NCBI GenBank assembly: GCA_051530055.1
Contig: CM121341.1
Coordinates: 6,364,784 to 6,428,783 of the forward strand
DNA from: Neoechinorhynchus agilis
Taxonomy: Eukaryota > Animalia > Acanthocephala
DNA length: 64,000 nucleotides
Direction of reading: 5' to 3'
The notes under the pieces are model-generated. The model searched no databases. It was given only the letters and a program-made list of their open reading frames with translations, and was not told the DNA's origin. This document shows, piece after piece, positions 62,772-64,000 of this stretch. The position numbers were made by a program, and so were the translations under genes. Every line of letters begins with the position of its first letter. Position 1 is the stretch's first letter.

Positions 62772-64000
62772 ATGGAGGATAAATCAGAAGAGGCATTAAA
62801 GACGAAGATAAACGGTGAAGGATTGAGGCCGAACTACCGCGGGTCAGTAGAGCGTGGACTCAGTTTTAAGCAGAAGATAAGTGAGCACTGGAAAACGATA
62901 AGACAAATGACCCAAGGAGTTGAAGAAGGCGCGGACGAGAGTGGTTTGAACAGAGGTTGATGAGTCCTTTTTGGTTAACGATGGAGGAGGAGGAGGAGGT
63001 AAGAGTACTTATTACTCATTGAATCTCTACGCACACCAACCTCTGGTTTTTACAATTTCGACGCGAAAAAACTCGAGGCTGAGTCGAAACTTAAGCGTTC
63101 TTAGACAACAACAGCGACCGGTGAGTACTCGAGATGGAGTGGCATTTCAACAAGAAAATTGCGATGAGAAAACGGGTAGGAGGAGTGGCCAGAAGTGGGG
63201 AGCGACGTTTTTGAACATCGTAGTGGAAGTGCTGAAGTTTAAAAAGGCGGGAATCGCAATAGATCAGAATGAGAGATCATTAAATGTACTAGGACGAGAT
63301 AATCAACCTCAACGTGAATGGTTCCAACTTGGAGGCCATCAAGGGACGTTTCTAGAAGGTCGAAATCCTGGATGGGTAATGAAACTTCTTTATGATAACG
63401 AGTATGACCAATATCAAGCAATGCAGTCCGATCCAATCGTAAATCTAATCCCACGATTCATTGGTGTTTGTCAAAGCGAACGGGACGAAAATGGATCGAA
63501 AAATGAGAAGATTAAAACGCGCGGTGAGTTCTTGTTTTTTAAAAAGGTTGCGAAGAATAAACGAGTGTAGACTACATTGAAATGGAGGATTTGCTCGCTC
63601 AGTTCAAACGACCCAATGTAATGGATGTAAAAATGGGAATTAGAACCTATCTCGAAGACGAGTTGGACAAATGCGAACAAACTTCGACTCCAAGGAATGA
63701 CCTGTTCATCAAAATGATTTCCATTGATCCCCTACAGCCAACACAATCGGAACGCGACGACAAAGCCGTTCTCAAATCACGGTATATGATCTGGAGGGAG
63801 AATCTCAGTTCTACTGCTAATCTCGGATTTCGGATTGAAGCCATTAAGGTTTTTTTGCCTGAAACACATCTTCTTTTTCTAATCAATCTAAACTTTAACG
63901 CTAGAAATCAGATGATGAGGCAAGAAAAGAGTATCAGCGCCTAAAAAGCAGAGAGGAAATAATAAGTCATATCGATTATTTCACAGGTTCATCAATATCG
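62772..64000 (+). CDS. Second inositol-trisphosphate 3-kinase-like paralog (runs off the right edge); 5' exon structure uncertain
   Basis: WFQLGGHQGTF, YIEMEDLLAQFKRPNVMDVKMGIRTY and SSTANLGFRIEAIK. The first two intron positions in the kinase domain match the upstream paralog. Confidence 0.92.

Overview
AT-rich eukaryotic DNA from a compact-genome animal-like organism (species not identifiable from the sequence), with short GT-AG introns of about 45-60 nt and many single-exon genes. Recognisable genes are a GINS3/Psf3-like gene (partial), two EF-hand proteins, a Q/N-rich RRM protein, NOP58, RBM8A/Y14, a Met-Pro-Gly (PMGGM) repeat protein, an EME1-like gene, three rhodopsin-class GPCR loci, MRPL55, RNASEK and two tandem inositol-trisphosphate 3-kinase paralogs. 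Two of the GPCR loci lie in an apparently identical 2266-bp inverted duplication that brackets the third. Mobile DNA includes at least four CRE-type (REL endonuclease) non-LTR fragments, three Penelope-like (GIY-YIG) remnants, one degenerate LINE and a small MITE-like family; two of the Penelope remnants have inverted ends and hammerhead-ribozyme-like motifs. There are seven tandem arrays, and three of them can be traced to the 3' end of a retroelement ORF or a host gene. Seven genes have a TTTxAG acceptor-like site 0-12 nt before the ATG, which suggests SL trans-splicing or 5'UTR introns. All protein assignments come from motif recognition by eye; no database search was run.
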